From positions 1,952,001 through 2,016,000 of the forward strand of contig CAWDXG010000001.1 of assembly GCA_963806225.1 (NCBI GenBank): a stretch of 64,000 nucleotides of DNA, read 5' to 3'. Position 1 is the first letter of the stretch. Each line of letters opens with the position of its first letter. Made by a program: the position numbers and the translations under genes. Below are positions 1 to 9,315 of the stretch, one piece after another. The notes under the pieces are model-generated. The model did not search any database and was not told the origin of the DNA. It saw only the letters and a program-made list of their open reading frames with translations. The stretch is from an uncultured delta proteobacterium (GTDB lineage Bacteria > Myxococcota_A > Polyangia > Polyangiales > Polyangiaceae).

Positions 1-1621
1 GAGCGTTCTCGTTCATCAGCGCGTCGAGGGAGAACAGGACCGAGCTCTCGTTCCGCGCTCCAGTCGGTTTGCCGTCGATCGAGGAGGCACTGGGCATGGG
101 AGCGCGCGCCGGCGCTTCGCCGTCGGCCGTCGGCGCGGGGCCTGTCGGCCCGGGGGCGGCGCGCGGCTCCAGGGGCGCGCCCGCAGCGGGGCGCGGCGCC
201 GCCTTGTGGCCCAGCAATCCGCCTTCCGCCGAGAACATGGGCGACGGCGCGCTCACCGTCACGTCGTCGTTGGGGCTGCCTGCGGCATAGTCCGAAAACG
301 CGGACCGCATCACGGTCACGTCTTCGGACCCGATGTCGTCGGGCTCGCCGCCGTCGTCGGAGTACGCGCTCTGGCCCGCCATCGGTGCCGGCGGCGGCTC
401 GGTGGGGAGCGAGTGCCGCGCGGCTTCACGTGCCTCTGCAGCGCGCAGCAGCTCGGCCGCTTGCGGCGCAGCCATGCTCACGGTGACGTCGTCGAAACCG
501 ACGTCGTCGATATCGACTCCAGGCGCGACCGGGGGCTCGTTCCAGCTGCCGGGCTCGTGCCAGACGCCGTCGGCCTTCGCGCCGTGGAGTGGAGAGTCTG
601 CCACGACCGTGGCTTGATCCGCGCTCTCGCTGCCCGGATACATTCCGCGCGCTTCCAGCTCGCGGGCAATCTTCGGGATCTCGAACGGCGTGGCCCAATC
701 GTCCATGCCGTCCTTCCAGATGAACGTGTCCTCGTCGATCGTGCCCGAACTGTAGAGGGCCACTACCTCATCGGTGTCCATCTCCTCGTGCTGCTCGTCC
801 GTGACCGCAACCGTCCACTCGGGCTCCCGACCCGAGACGGGAGCTGGCTCCGGGACGGACGCTGGCGCGGGCGCGGGATCGGGCCGTGGCACGCCGACGC
901 CGGCAGCGGGCGCCGGCTTCGCGCTCCGGTCTGCGAAGTTCGTGCTGCCCGGTGCAGCTTCGATGCCGCCGATGATGGTGCGCTTGGCGGCGCTGCGCTG
1001 GGCGCGAGGCTTCAATCCCGCCGGCGCGATCCCGCTACCGATGGCTGCGTCTGGCTTCGTCGCGCTCCCGGTGGGTGCTCGGGCAGCCGCGGGTGCGGGA
1101 CCCGCCGGTGACGCAGCCGTCGGTGGCGCAGGGGCGGCGCCGATCGCCGGCAGCGGGACGCCCAGCATCGTCTGCTTGGCGGAAGAGCGCGCGGCGCGTG
1201 TGCCGACTGCCGGTTTCTTCTGCTCCGGGGGCGCTGCGGCAGGCTGGGTGGCAGCGGGTTTCGCCACGGAAGGGGTGACCTTCGCCGAGGCGGTCGCCGG
1301 TGACGGTTTCGCAGCGGTTGAAGGCGTCGTCGAGCTGGCTGCTGGCGTCTTCGGAGCCGGCGTTGGTGTCGCCTCCGCAGGGGGCGGCGCCTTCGGAGCC
1401 GGCGTTGGTGTCGCCTTCGCAGGCCGCGGCGCCGCCGCTGGCGTGCCGGCCTTGGACGGAGCTGCAGCGGGCTTGGCTGCTGCGGTTCCGGTCGCCAGAT
1501 GCGTGCCGTCCACGAGGATGGCTGCCCCGCAGTGCTTGCACTTGATCCGGGCCTTCTTCCCACGGACCTTCTGATCCGGGATGGCGTATTTCGCGGGGCA
1601 GTTGCCGCAGGAGACGTTCAT
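1..1621 (-). CDS. Zinc-ribbon + GYF_2 (DUF4339) domain protein, GltJ/AgmX-like; runs off the left edge
   Basis: Translated by hand (not in the ORF track because its stop lies outside the window). ATG at 1621 gives MNVSCGNCPAKYAIPDQKVRGKKARIKCKHCG (two CxxC). The same frame gives WTVAVTDEQHEEMDTDEVVALYSSGTIDEDTFIWKDGMDDW (~820-695) and TGARNESSVLFSLDALM near base 70, with Pro/Ala-rich linkers between. Confidence 0.8.
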   Translation of the reverse strand, partial: MNVSCGNCPAKYAIPDQKVRGKKARIKCKHCGAAILVDGTHLATGTAAAKPAAAPSKAGTPAAAPRPAKATPTPAPKAPPPAEATPTPAPKTPAASSTTPSTAAKPSPATASAKVTPSVAKPAATQPAAAPPEQKKPAVGTRAARSSAKQTMLGVPLPAIGAAPAPPTAASPAGPAPAAARAPTGSATKPDAAIGSGIAPAGLKPRAQRSAAKRTIIGGIEAAPGSTNFADRSAKPAPAAGVGVPRPDPAPAPASVPEPAPVSGREPEWTVAVTDEQHEEMDTDEVVALYSSGTIDEDTFIWKDGMDDWATPFEIPKIARELEARGMYPGSESADQATVVADSPLHGAKADGVWHEPGSWNEPPVAPGVDIDDVGFDDVTVSMAAPQAAELLRAAEAREAARHSLPTEPPPAPMAGQSAYSDDGGEPDDIGSEDVTVMRSAFSDYAAGSPNDDVTVSAPSPMFSAEGGLLGHKAAPRPAAGAPLEPRAAPGPTGPAPTADGEAPARAPMPSASSIDGKPTGARNESSVLFSLDALMNENA

Positions 1622-1922
1622 GTTCTTGTGCAGTCGACCCGCGGGCCGGCAGCGCGTCGCACCGCTCGCGGGTGTCGAGCCATTATCGCTCGGGAACGCT
1701 GGATTTCATTGCATTTTCGTGCCGAGCGCAAGAGGTGAAGCGGAACCCCCGCAGCTCCCCGCAACAAACCCTGTCGTAGCGTAACGTTGTACTCTGGTCT
1801 TCCCGCTTCTCCAGCGACGGATTGGCGTCGCGTTGCGGTACGCTCGTCGCCCATGCGGCGCGTGCATCTGCGAGTCGAGGCCCCCCCTTTCGCGGAGCCG
1901 CGAGTGTCCGGGCTGGTGGCAG

Positions 1923-4187
1923 ATGGGTAGTCGGGACAGCTCGTCCCGGACGGGGAGCATCAGCGGCTGGGAGCGAGCAGCCAGGTGGTTCCGGCAGCGA
2001 TACCTGTCGGTCGATCCGCGCTGGCTCGGCGTGTTCCGGATCCTGCTCGGCACGCTCCTGATTGTCGACCTGCTGCGCCGTTGGCTCGACATCCGCGCGT
2101 TCTACACGAACGACGGCATCCTGCCGAACCACTACTCGCTGTACCGCCCCATGGGCGCGTACCTGTTCTCGCTCTACCACGCATTTTCAACGTTCGGCGA
2201 GGTGAACGTCGCGTTCGCGTTGACGCTCGTCATCTACGTCCTGTTCGCCGCCGGCTACCGCACGAAGCTCTTCCACATCCTGTCGGCGCTCTGCATCACG
2301 AGCCTCAACTCGCGGAATCTCTTCGTGCAGAACGGCGGCACGGTCGTGGTCAACATCATCACGATCTGGACGCTGTTTCTGCCGCTGGGGCGTCGCATCT
2401 CGGTGGATGCGGTGCTCCGCTCGCTCCGTGAGCATCCCGAGCACAATGCCGCCGGGCTCAACGATCGGAGCTACCGCGACGCGACCCGTTTCGTGTCGCT
2501 GGTGGTGCTGGCGCTGATCCTGCAGTGGAGCTGTATCTACTTCTTCAACACGGTCCACAAGACCGGGCACGGTTGGAAGAACGGGAGTGCGATCTACTGG
2601 TTCTGGCAGCAGGATCGCATCGTTACCTGGTTTTCCATCTGGGCGCGCAACCACGTGCCGATGTCGGTCGTCCACGCGATGACGCACGGCACCCTGGTCG
2701 TCGAGGGGACGCTCGCATTCATCCTGCTGGTGCCGTTCTTCCAGAAGTGGACGCGCCGCATCGCGCTCTTGCTCGCGCTCATGCTGCATGGGGGCATCGC
2801 GTTGAGCGCGCGGCTCGGGCCGTTCTCGTACGTGATGGTGTCGTTTTTCGTCCTGCTCCTCGGAAACGACGACTGGAAGCTTGTCGGTCGCTGGTTCGGG
2901 CGCCCGCAGCGCGCGCGAACCGTCATCTACGATGCCGACTGTGGGATCTGCCTGCAGGTGTGCCGGATCCTCGCGCGCTTCGACCCCTTCGCTCGTCTGC
3001 ACTTCGTCGAGAACAGCGACGCGGAGCAGATACCGGACAGCGTGGACGCGGCGCTCCTCGACCACACCGTGGTCGCCCTGGATCCCTCCGGGCGGGTGCA
3101 CATCGAAGAGCGCGCGGTCTTCGAAATCGTGCGGGCGCTTCCGTTCGGTATCCTGGCGGTGTTCTGGATGCGGTTGCCCGGGCTGTCGTCGCTGGCCCGG
3201 CACTTCTACCGCCGCGTCGCCGACAACCGGATGCGGATCTCGGCCTGGTTCGGTCTCGGCGTCTGCGGGGTGCCCGACGCGGGGGGCGCGCTCGTGGCCA
3301 GCGCGGTCAGCGCGGTCAGTGCGGGCGGCGCCGGCGACGACGACGAAAGCTCCGGGAACGAGGTGCCCGCTCGGCGCCGTTCGGTCGCCGACGAGCAGCC
3401 CGACGAGGACGACGACGAGCAGCCCGACGAGGACGACGACGAGCAGCCCGACGAGGACGACGACGAGCAGCCCGACGAGGACGACGACGAGCAGCCCGAC
3501 GAGGACGACGACGAGCAGCCCGACGAGGACGACGACGAGCAGCCCGACGAGGACGGGTCGAGCGGCGGAGCGGCCGACGAGGAGCCGGAGTCCAGGTTTC
3601 GTGACGAGCTGGCAGCCACTCTGGGCTTCCTCCGCGAGACGCTGGTCGTCGTGCTCGCCGTCGCGGTCGGCTCGCAGCTCTGTGTCGAGAACGCCTTCGT
3701 GCGGCAGTTCTTCACGATACGCCAGCCGCAGTGGATGGCGGAGGTTGTGGCCTACCCGCGCATCTTCCAGGGCTGGAGCATGTTTGCTCCGGAGCCGCCG
3801 TACGACGACGGGCACCTCGTCGTGGACGGTCGCACTGTCGACGGCAGGAAGCTGGATCCGCTCACAGGCAAGCCGCCCGACTTCGACCCCTACGCGCCGA
3901 ATGGGTGGGGACTTTCGCAGCTCTGGTGCGACTACGAAAACCGCATCCGCTTCGCTGCGAACGCCGGCCAACGCCAGTTCCTTCGTAGCTACCTGCTGAA
4001 TCTGTACCGGTACGAGGGCCGACCGCAGGATCGACTGGTCGCTTTCGACGTGTGGTGGGTCCAGGACAAGTCCCCGCCGCCCGGGCAGAAGCGCGGCCAG
4101 CCGCTGCCGCCCCTGGACCTCCTGTCGTATGGCCGGGTGACCGACTCCGGCGCCACTCCGTGGCTCCAGCCGCAGGGCAATCAGTGA
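1923..4187 (+). CDS. HTTM-domain membrane protein with an inserted DCC1-like thiol-disulfide oxidoreductase domain
   Basis: Multiple TM segments with LGVFRILLG...FYTNDGILP and NSRNLFVQNGG; DCC motif YDADCGIC; C-terminal QGWSMFAP. ATG at 1923 chosen over the ORF-track start at 1833. Confidence 0.8.
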   Translation: MGSRDSSSRTGSISGWERAARWFRQRYLSVDPRWLGVFRILLGTLLIVDLLRRWLDIRAFYTNDGILPNHYSLYRPMGAYLFSLYHAFSTFGEVNVAFALTLVIYVLFAAGYRTKLFHILSALCITSLNSRNLFVQNGGTVVVNIITIWTLFLPLGRRISVDAVLRSLREHPEHNAAGLNDRSYRDATRFVSLVVLALILQWSCIYFFNTVHKTGHGWKNGSAIYWFWQQDRIVTWFSIWARNHVPMSVVHAMTHGTLVVEGTLAFILLVPFFQKWTRRIALLLALMLHGGIALSARLGPFSYVMVSFFVLLLGNDDWKLVGRWFGRPQRARTVIYDADCGICLQVCRILARFDPFARLHFVENSDAEQIPDSVDAALLDHTVVALDPSGRVHIEERAVFEIVRALPFGILAVFWMRLPGLSSLARHFYRRVADNRMRISAWFGLGVCGVPDAGGALVASAVSAVSAGGAGDDDESSGNEVPARRRSVADEQPDEDDDEQPDEDDDEQPDEDDDEQPDEDDDEQPDEDDDEQPDEDDDEQPDEDGSSGGAADEEPESRFRDELAATLGFLRETLVVVLAVAVGSQLCVENAFVRQFFTIRQPQWMAEVVAYPRIFQGWSMFAPEPPYDDGHLVVDGRTVDGRKLDPLTGKPPDFDPYAPNGWGLSQLWCDYENRIRFAANAGQRQFLRSYLLNLYRYEGRPQDRLVAFDVWWVQDKSPPPGQKRGQPLPPLDLLSYGRVTDSGATPWLQPQGNQ
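3390..3554 (+). repeat. In-frame 24-bp tandem repeat, about 6.9 copies, encoding (DEQPDEDD)n
   Basis: Unit gacgagcagcccgacgaggacgac repeated perfectly 6 times plus 21 bp. Confidence 0.95.
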
Positions 4188-6127
4188 CGGCGGAGAGCGG
4201 CACGGAAGCGAATCGAGCGGGCTTTCGGGACGGGCTCGTCGCGTTCTGGCGCTGGCTCTCGAGCACCTACGCGACGGCAGATCCGCGCTCGTTGGGTCTA
4301 TTCCGCATCGCGCTCGGCGCGCTCCTGTTCGAGGACGTGGCGCGCCGGCTGCCCGATCTGGACGCCCACTACACGAACGCCGGCTGGCTGAAGAACCACT
4401 TCGCGCTCTACCGCCCCATGAGCGGTCACCAGTTCTCCCTGTACTTCGCGTTCAGCACGCCGGGGGAAGTCCGGGTGCTGATCGCGATCCATCTCCTCGT
4501 CTGCGTGCTGCTCCTGATCGGCTGGCAGACGCGTGTGATGCAGGTGCTCTCGGCGGTGCTCATCATCAGCCTGAACACCCGCAACATCATGTTGGAGAAC
4601 GGCGGCTGGGTGGTCCTCGGCCTGCTCACGGTCTGGAGCATGTTCCTGCCGCTCGGTCGCCGCTTCAGCGTCGACGCGCTCCGCCGCTCCCTGAAGGCCC
4701 GTCGCGAGGGGACCGCTGAAGCGCTCAACGACCCTGCGCCAGGCGACTCCCAGCCTGTCGTCTCGCTGGCCATCACGGCCCTCATCGCGCAGTGGTTCGT
4801 CATCTACTACTTCAACGTGGTCCAGAAGACGGGCCAGCCGTGGCACGACGGCTCGGCGGTCTGGTACTTCTTCCAGCAGGACCGCATGGTGACGCCGTTC
4901 GGGGTGTGGGTGCGGAGCCTCATGCCGATGGTCGGCTTCAAGCTGATGACCTATTCGGCGCTGGTCATCGAGAGCAGCATCGCGTTCTTGATCATTGCTC
5001 CCATCGCGACGCGCTACACGCGGATGCTGGCGTGGCTCCTGGTCTGTGCGCTGCACCTGTCGATCGATGCGGTCGTGCAGCTCGGGCCCTTCTCGTACGC
5101 GATGGTCACCATGTTCTTCGTGCTCATTCCGCGCGAGGCCTGGGACGCGCTCGAGCGCCGCATGCGGCGGAAGAAACAGCCGCGCCGGCTCTACTTCGAC
5201 CCGGACGACGGCTTCTCCCTCGGCGTGTGCCGCTGGGTCAAACGCTTCGACCCGCTTTCGCTCGTTGAATTCGTGCCTGCTCACGGGGTCGACGACCCCG
5301 CGCCACTGTCGGTCGGCGACGAGACCGGCGCCCGGCGCTGGACCGGTTCCGAGGCGCTGGTGCACCTGTTCGACGCGCTGCCGCTGCCGGGGCTCGTGCT
5401 GTGGGCGCGCCTGCCAGGTGTGCGCAGCGCGGTCGACCGCCGGATCGAGCGGGCGGTGGAACGAAGGCCGCGGCTGGCGGCGTTCTTCGGCGTCGAGGAC
5501 CTGCCGGGCACCGACACTGGCCCGCCGGGACCTGCTTCGGGAGCGCGGCGTCTCGTCACGCGCGCGGCCCACGGCTTCGGGACGCTGTGCGTGGCGTTCT
5601 TGATCGTTGCGACCGGTAGCGAGGTGCTGGTCGAGAACCCGGCGGTCCCCAAGCGGTTGAAGCCGGAGCATCGCCCCGAATGGATGGTCGCCACGGTGGT
5701 CTACCCGCGGCTCTTCCAGGGCTGGAGGATGTTCGCGCCGGCGCCGCCGAACTGGGACGGGCGTATGGTCGTCGACGGACGCACCGTCGACGGGCGCAAG
5801 CTCGACCCGCTGACGGGCAGGGCGCCGAGCTTCGAGGTCCAGCCGAAGGGCGGTTTCCGCATGGACCAGCTCTGGGGCGACTTCCACCGCCGTATCGGCA
5901 ATCAACGCTTCTCGGCGTATCTCGGCGGAGTGCGCGAATACCTGCTGGACCACTGGGCGCTGACCGGGCACCCGGACAACCGCCTGGTCGCATTCGACGT
6001 GTGGTACGTCTCGCAGAGGATCGCGCCACCGGGTGAGCCACGGCCTCCCGTCCAGCTGAGGAAGCTCCTGTCGTACGGCGTGGTGAGGGACTCCGGCGCG
6101 CCCGGTCGGCAGAAGCCGCCGCGGTAG
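4184..6127 (+). CDS. Second HTTM-domain membrane protein (paralogue) with a degenerate DCC-like domain
   Basis: GTGA overlap with the upstream stop. Shares motifs LGLFRIALG, NTRNIMLENGG, QQDRMVT, LGPFSY, QGWRMFAP and VDGRTVDGRKLDPLTG with the upstream gene. Confidence 0.8.
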   Translation: MTAESGTEANRAGFRDGLVAFWRWLSSTYATADPRSLGLFRIALGALLFEDVARRLPDLDAHYTNAGWLKNHFALYRPMSGHQFSLYFAFSTPGEVRVLIAIHLLVCVLLLIGWQTRVMQVLSAVLIISLNTRNIMLENGGWVVLGLLTVWSMFLPLGRRFSVDALRRSLKARREGTAEALNDPAPGDSQPVVSLAITALIAQWFVIYYFNVVQKTGQPWHDGSAVWYFFQQDRMVTPFGVWVRSLMPMVGFKLMTYSALVIESSIAFLIIAPIATRYTRMLAWLLVCALHLSIDAVVQLGPFSYAMVTMFFVLIPREAWDALERRMRRKKQPRRLYFDPDDGFSLGVCRWVKRFDPLSLVEFVPAHGVDDPAPLSVGDETGARRWTGSEALVHLFDALPLPGLVLWARLPGVRSAVDRRIERAVERRPRLAAFFGVEDLPGTDTGPPGPASGARRLVTRAAHGFGTLCVAFLIVATGSEVLVENPAVPKRLKPEHRPEWMVATVVYPRLFQGWRMFAPAPPNWDGRMVVDGRTVDGRKLDPLTGRAPSFEVQPKGGFRMDQLWGDFHRRIGNQRFSAYLGGVREYLLDHWALTGHPDNRLVAFDVWYVSQRIAPPGEPRPPVQLRKLLSYGVVRDSGAPGRQKPPR

Positions 6128-6128
6128 A

Positions 6129-6563
6129 CTAGCGCCGCCGGCGCTTGCCGGACTTGAGCTCGACCCTGCGCTGCGTTTCGTCCCCGGCGCCGACGGCCCG
6201 CGCGCGCTCGAGCGTGTCTGCTGCGGCCTCGGCGACCGCCGCGGACAGTGCGTGCAGGCCGTCGTTGCGGTGGACGTACGTGCCGAGGTTGCTGGCCCGG
6301 AGTCGCGTATCGACATCCTCCGCGTGGCCGAAGAAGACCGCGCAGGACACGCGATTTTCCGCTAGAAGCCAGCCTGCGAGGGAAATGCCGTTTCCGTCGG
6401 GCAGGATGTCGCTGAAGACCCCGCAGTCGAATCGGCCGGGACGCAGGTTGGCTCCGGCGGCGTCGCCCACCACGGTCACACGGTAGTCGCGACGCTCCAG
6501 TATGGCTGCGATGGCCCGGGCGACAGCCCGGACAGGCTCGACGACTAGGACCCTTGAAGGCAT
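6129..6563 (-). CDS. Single-domain atypical response-regulator receiver protein
   Basis: RVLVVE...FDCGVFSDILPDGNG matches the REC fold pattern. Confidence 0.65.
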   Translation of the reverse strand: MPSRVLVVEPVRAVARAIAAILERRDYRVTVVGDAAGANLRPGRFDCGVFSDILPDGNGISLAGWLLAENRVSCAVFFGHAEDVDTRLRASNLGTYVHRNDGLHALSAAVAEAAADTLERARAVGAGDETQRRVELKSGKRRRR

Positions 6564-6630
6564 ATGCGCGCGTCATTATAGCGCAAACGCCTGGGCTTCG
6601 CTTTGCCGATCATCAATCGCCGCCCGGCGC

Positions 6631-7656
6631 CTAGACCGTCAGGGCGACGAACTCGGCACCGGTCGGGATGCTCATCAGGTCTTCCAGCAGTCCGGGTGCC
6701 GTCCCGCCTTCGTAGAGCAGGTGATACACCGCCCGTACGATCGGAAGGTCGAGCCCCTTGCGCGTGGCAAAACCGTGGACGGCGCCCGTGGTCTTCACGC
6801 CTTCCGCGACCATCTGCATGTGGTCCTGGATCTGTTGGAGCGACTCGCCCTGGGCGAGCCGCGTTCCGACCTGGTGATTGCGCGACAGCGCAGACGAGCA
6901 CGTCGCGATCAGATCACCGATGCCGGCCATGCCGCCGAAGGTCAGGACCTCGGCGCCCATGGCGACGCCGAGACGAGCCATTTCACTCAGCCCCCGCGTC
7001 AGGAGCAGGGCCTTGCTGTTCTCGCCCAGTCCGAGGCCCGTCACCACGCCCGCGGCCAGCGCCACGATGTTCTTGAACGCACCTCCGACCTCGGCGCCGA
7101 TGACGTCCTGCCCCCAGTAGACCCGGAAGTAGTCGCTGGAGAGTGCGGCGTGGGCGCGCCGGAACACCTCGTCGTAGCGCGAAGCGATGAGCGTTCCGGC
7201 GGGTTGGCGCTGGGCCAGCTCCTTGGCCAGGTTCGGTCCCGCGAGTACGCCGATCTTCCGCAGGCAGGTCTCCTCGACCAGTACTTCGCTCATGCGCTTG
7301 AAGCTTTCCTGCTCGATGCCCTTGGTCGCATGGACCACGACGTGCTCTCCGCTCACGAAAGCGCCAAGCTCGTAGGCGAGCTTGCGCAGCCCGTGCGAAG
7401 GCACCACGAGCAGCATCAACTTGCACGTCTCGCACACACGCTCGAGGTCGTGTGTGGCTTCCACGCACGGCGCGAGCTCGGCACCGGGCAGGTAGTCCCG
7501 GTTTTCCCTGGAGTCGTTGATCTCGCGGCAGAGATCTGCACGTCGGGCCCAGAGCAGCGTCCGCTGGCCGTTGTCGCCGAGGATCTTCGCCAGCGTCGTA
7601 CCCCAGCTGCCGGCACCGATCACGGCCACCGACTCGTCGCGATCGCAGCCGCTCAT
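6631..7656 (-). CDS. gpsA: NAD(P)H-dependent glycerol-3-phosphate dehydrogenase
   Basis: VAVIGAGSWGT, ATKGIE, GPNLAKE, GGAFKNIVALAAG, GIGDLIATCSSALSRN, AEGVKT; ATGA overlap with the upstream gene. Confidence 0.95.
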   Translation of the reverse strand: MSGCDRDESVAVIGAGSWGTTLAKILGDNGQRTLLWARRADLCREINDSRENRDYLPGAELAPCVEATHDLERVCETCKLMLLVVPSHGLRKLAYELGAFVSGEHVVVHATKGIEQESFKRMSEVLVEETCLRKIGVLAGPNLAKELAQRQPAGTLIASRYDEVFRRAHAALSSDYFRVYWGQDVIGAEVGGAFKNIVALAAGVVTGLGLGENSKALLLTRGLSEMARLGVAMGAEVLTFGGMAGIGDLIATCSSALSRNHQVGTRLAQGESLQQIQDHMQMVAEGVKTTGAVHGFATRKGLDLPIVRAVYHLLYEGGTAPGLLEDLMSIPTGAEFVALTV

Positions 7657-9275
7657 GGCGAGAGCGTCTCCTCGGGCTGTTCGGCTAGCCGTCGGCCGAG
7701 CTCGTAACCGCGGAGCCGGTTGCCGTAGTAGTAGAGCAGCTTCATGTCCTTCGGGAACACGCGGTCGCCGCGGCGGATGGCGGCGGGCTGCGTGTGATAT
7801 GTGCCGAAGTACCGCAGCGCATCGGCGATGATATCGAGCGTATCGCCCTGTTGCAGCTCGCTGCCCAGGCGCGGGCGCGTACCGAGCTCGGCGATTGCCG
7901 CCAGGGTTCGCTCCACTTCCTGCGCTACGTCGGTGATGGGCAGCGACGGCGTCGTGCCTCCGGTGCGGATCAGGCGATACAGATCCAGATGCGGATTCTT
8001 GCGTTCGAGCATCCTGAACAGCGACCACGCGACGACGTGAGTGGACATGATGACGTTGTCGCGTAGAAATGCCTGCGCGATCCGCTCGGCGGTGCCGTTC
8101 GTGTATTCCATGTCCCGCTGCGCGTCGTGGACCGGCGCGCCGTCCGACAGCACATAGCGCCTGGGGTCGACGATCCGGCCCCGGGGGTCCAGGCTCCGGC
8201 CCTGGCGATCGACCTCGTTACCGAGCAGGTCGATCGGCTTGCTGAACGTGAGCACGATGCGACCGTCGAGCGAGACGAGGTCGGACATGAAGTTGAGCAC
8301 ACGGCGCGGTCGCGAGAATTCGTCGCGGTCGATAATGTATTGCGACTTCCCGGTCTCCTGGAGGTGATCGTCGATCAGCGTCTCGGCTTCCAGTACCAAT
8401 TTGTAGGAGATGGTGCAGGGGACGATGAAGATCTCCGGCTTGGGCCGCCCGGCTCGCAGGTTCTCCACGTAGGCGCGGATCGCCGTGCCGAGCAGGCCGC
8501 GCTTCAGGTGCTGTTCGACCGCGCCGCTGCGGCTGCGAGTGCCGCCCGGAAAGAAGAGGTTGTGGTAGCCCATCTCGAGGGCCACCGACGCGAACTCCTT
8601 GAGGACGTCCTTGTAGAGGAGCGCCTTCTTCTTGCGGTCCACCCGGTACGCCCCGAGGTGGTTCATGAAGAACGAGACCAGCGGATTGTTGAAGAGGTTG
8701 AGCCCGGCGCCGTACAGCAGCGGCGGCAACCCCATCAGGTGCGCGGAGTAGCCCAGGATGATGCTGTCGAGATGCGACGAGTGGGTGGGAACAACGACCA
8801 GCGTGCCGCGGTCGAGCAGGTCGCGGACGTGGTCGGTCTCGCCCTGGGTCTGGATGTGCCCGGACAGGCCTGCTCGCAGCGCCGACAGCGAGCCCGAGCG
8901 CCTCGGGCTCATCGCGTTGAGCATCAGCGAGAGGCCGGCCGGGACGACCGTGGTCGTCAGCTTGTAGACGCGCTCGTCGAAATTGCCGACGACTTCCGCA
9001 GCGAAGCGCCGCGCGATCTCCTGGAGCAGCTCGCGCAGGTCGGCGGTGGAAGCGTGCCGCAGTCTGCGCTGGACCTCGTGGTAGAACGCCGTGTCGTCGT
9101 GTGTCCTGGCGCTCCCGTGTGCTTCGCGTTCGAGTCGCTGGCGCTCGTAGTAGAGCGTGTCGCCGACGAGATCCTCGAGATACTCCCGCGGGTTCTTGCC
9201 GGCCGCCGCGACGTGGTGATCCACCACGCGACCTGCCGACTCGACCTGCGCCCTCTCCCTGTCTTCCGGCCGCAT
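7653..9275 (-). CDS. Glycerol-3-phosphate / 1-acyl-G3P acyltransferase (PlsB-like)
   Basis: PTHSSHLD (HxxxxD), GAGLNL, FFPGGTRSRSG; translationally coupled to gpsA. Confidence 0.85.
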   Translation of the reverse strand: MRPEDRERAQVESAGRVVDHHVAAAGKNPREYLEDLVGDTLYYERQRLEREAHGSARTHDDTAFYHEVQRRLRHASTADLRELLQEIARRFAAEVVGNFDERVYKLTTTVVPAGLSLMLNAMSPRRSGSLSALRAGLSGHIQTQGETDHVRDLLDRGTLVVVPTHSSHLDSIILGYSAHLMGLPPLLYGAGLNLFNNPLVSFFMNHLGAYRVDRKKKALLYKDVLKEFASVALEMGYHNLFFPGGTRSRSGAVEQHLKRGLLGTAIRAYVENLRAGRPKPEIFIVPCTISYKLVLEAETLIDDHLQETGKSQYIIDRDEFSRPRRVLNFMSDLVSLDGRIVLTFSKPIDLLGNEVDRQGRSLDPRGRIVDPRRYVLSDGAPVHDAQRDMEYTNGTAERIAQAFLRDNVIMSTHVVAWSLFRMLERKNPHLDLYRLIRTGGTTPSLPITDVAQEVERTLAAIAELGTRPRLGSELQQGDTLDIIADALRYFGTYHTQPAAIRRGDRVFPKDMKLLYYYGNRLRGYELGRRLAEQPEETLSP

Positions 9276-9315
9276 GCTCGAAGGAGCCTACCAGAACCCG
9301 GCCGCGGATCAGGAC

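Noticed and set aside
1349..1422. Two-copy ~30-bp direct repeat as a mobile-element scar
   Set aside because: The 42-bp in-frame spacing within a Pro/Ala linker fits an ordinary coding duplication.
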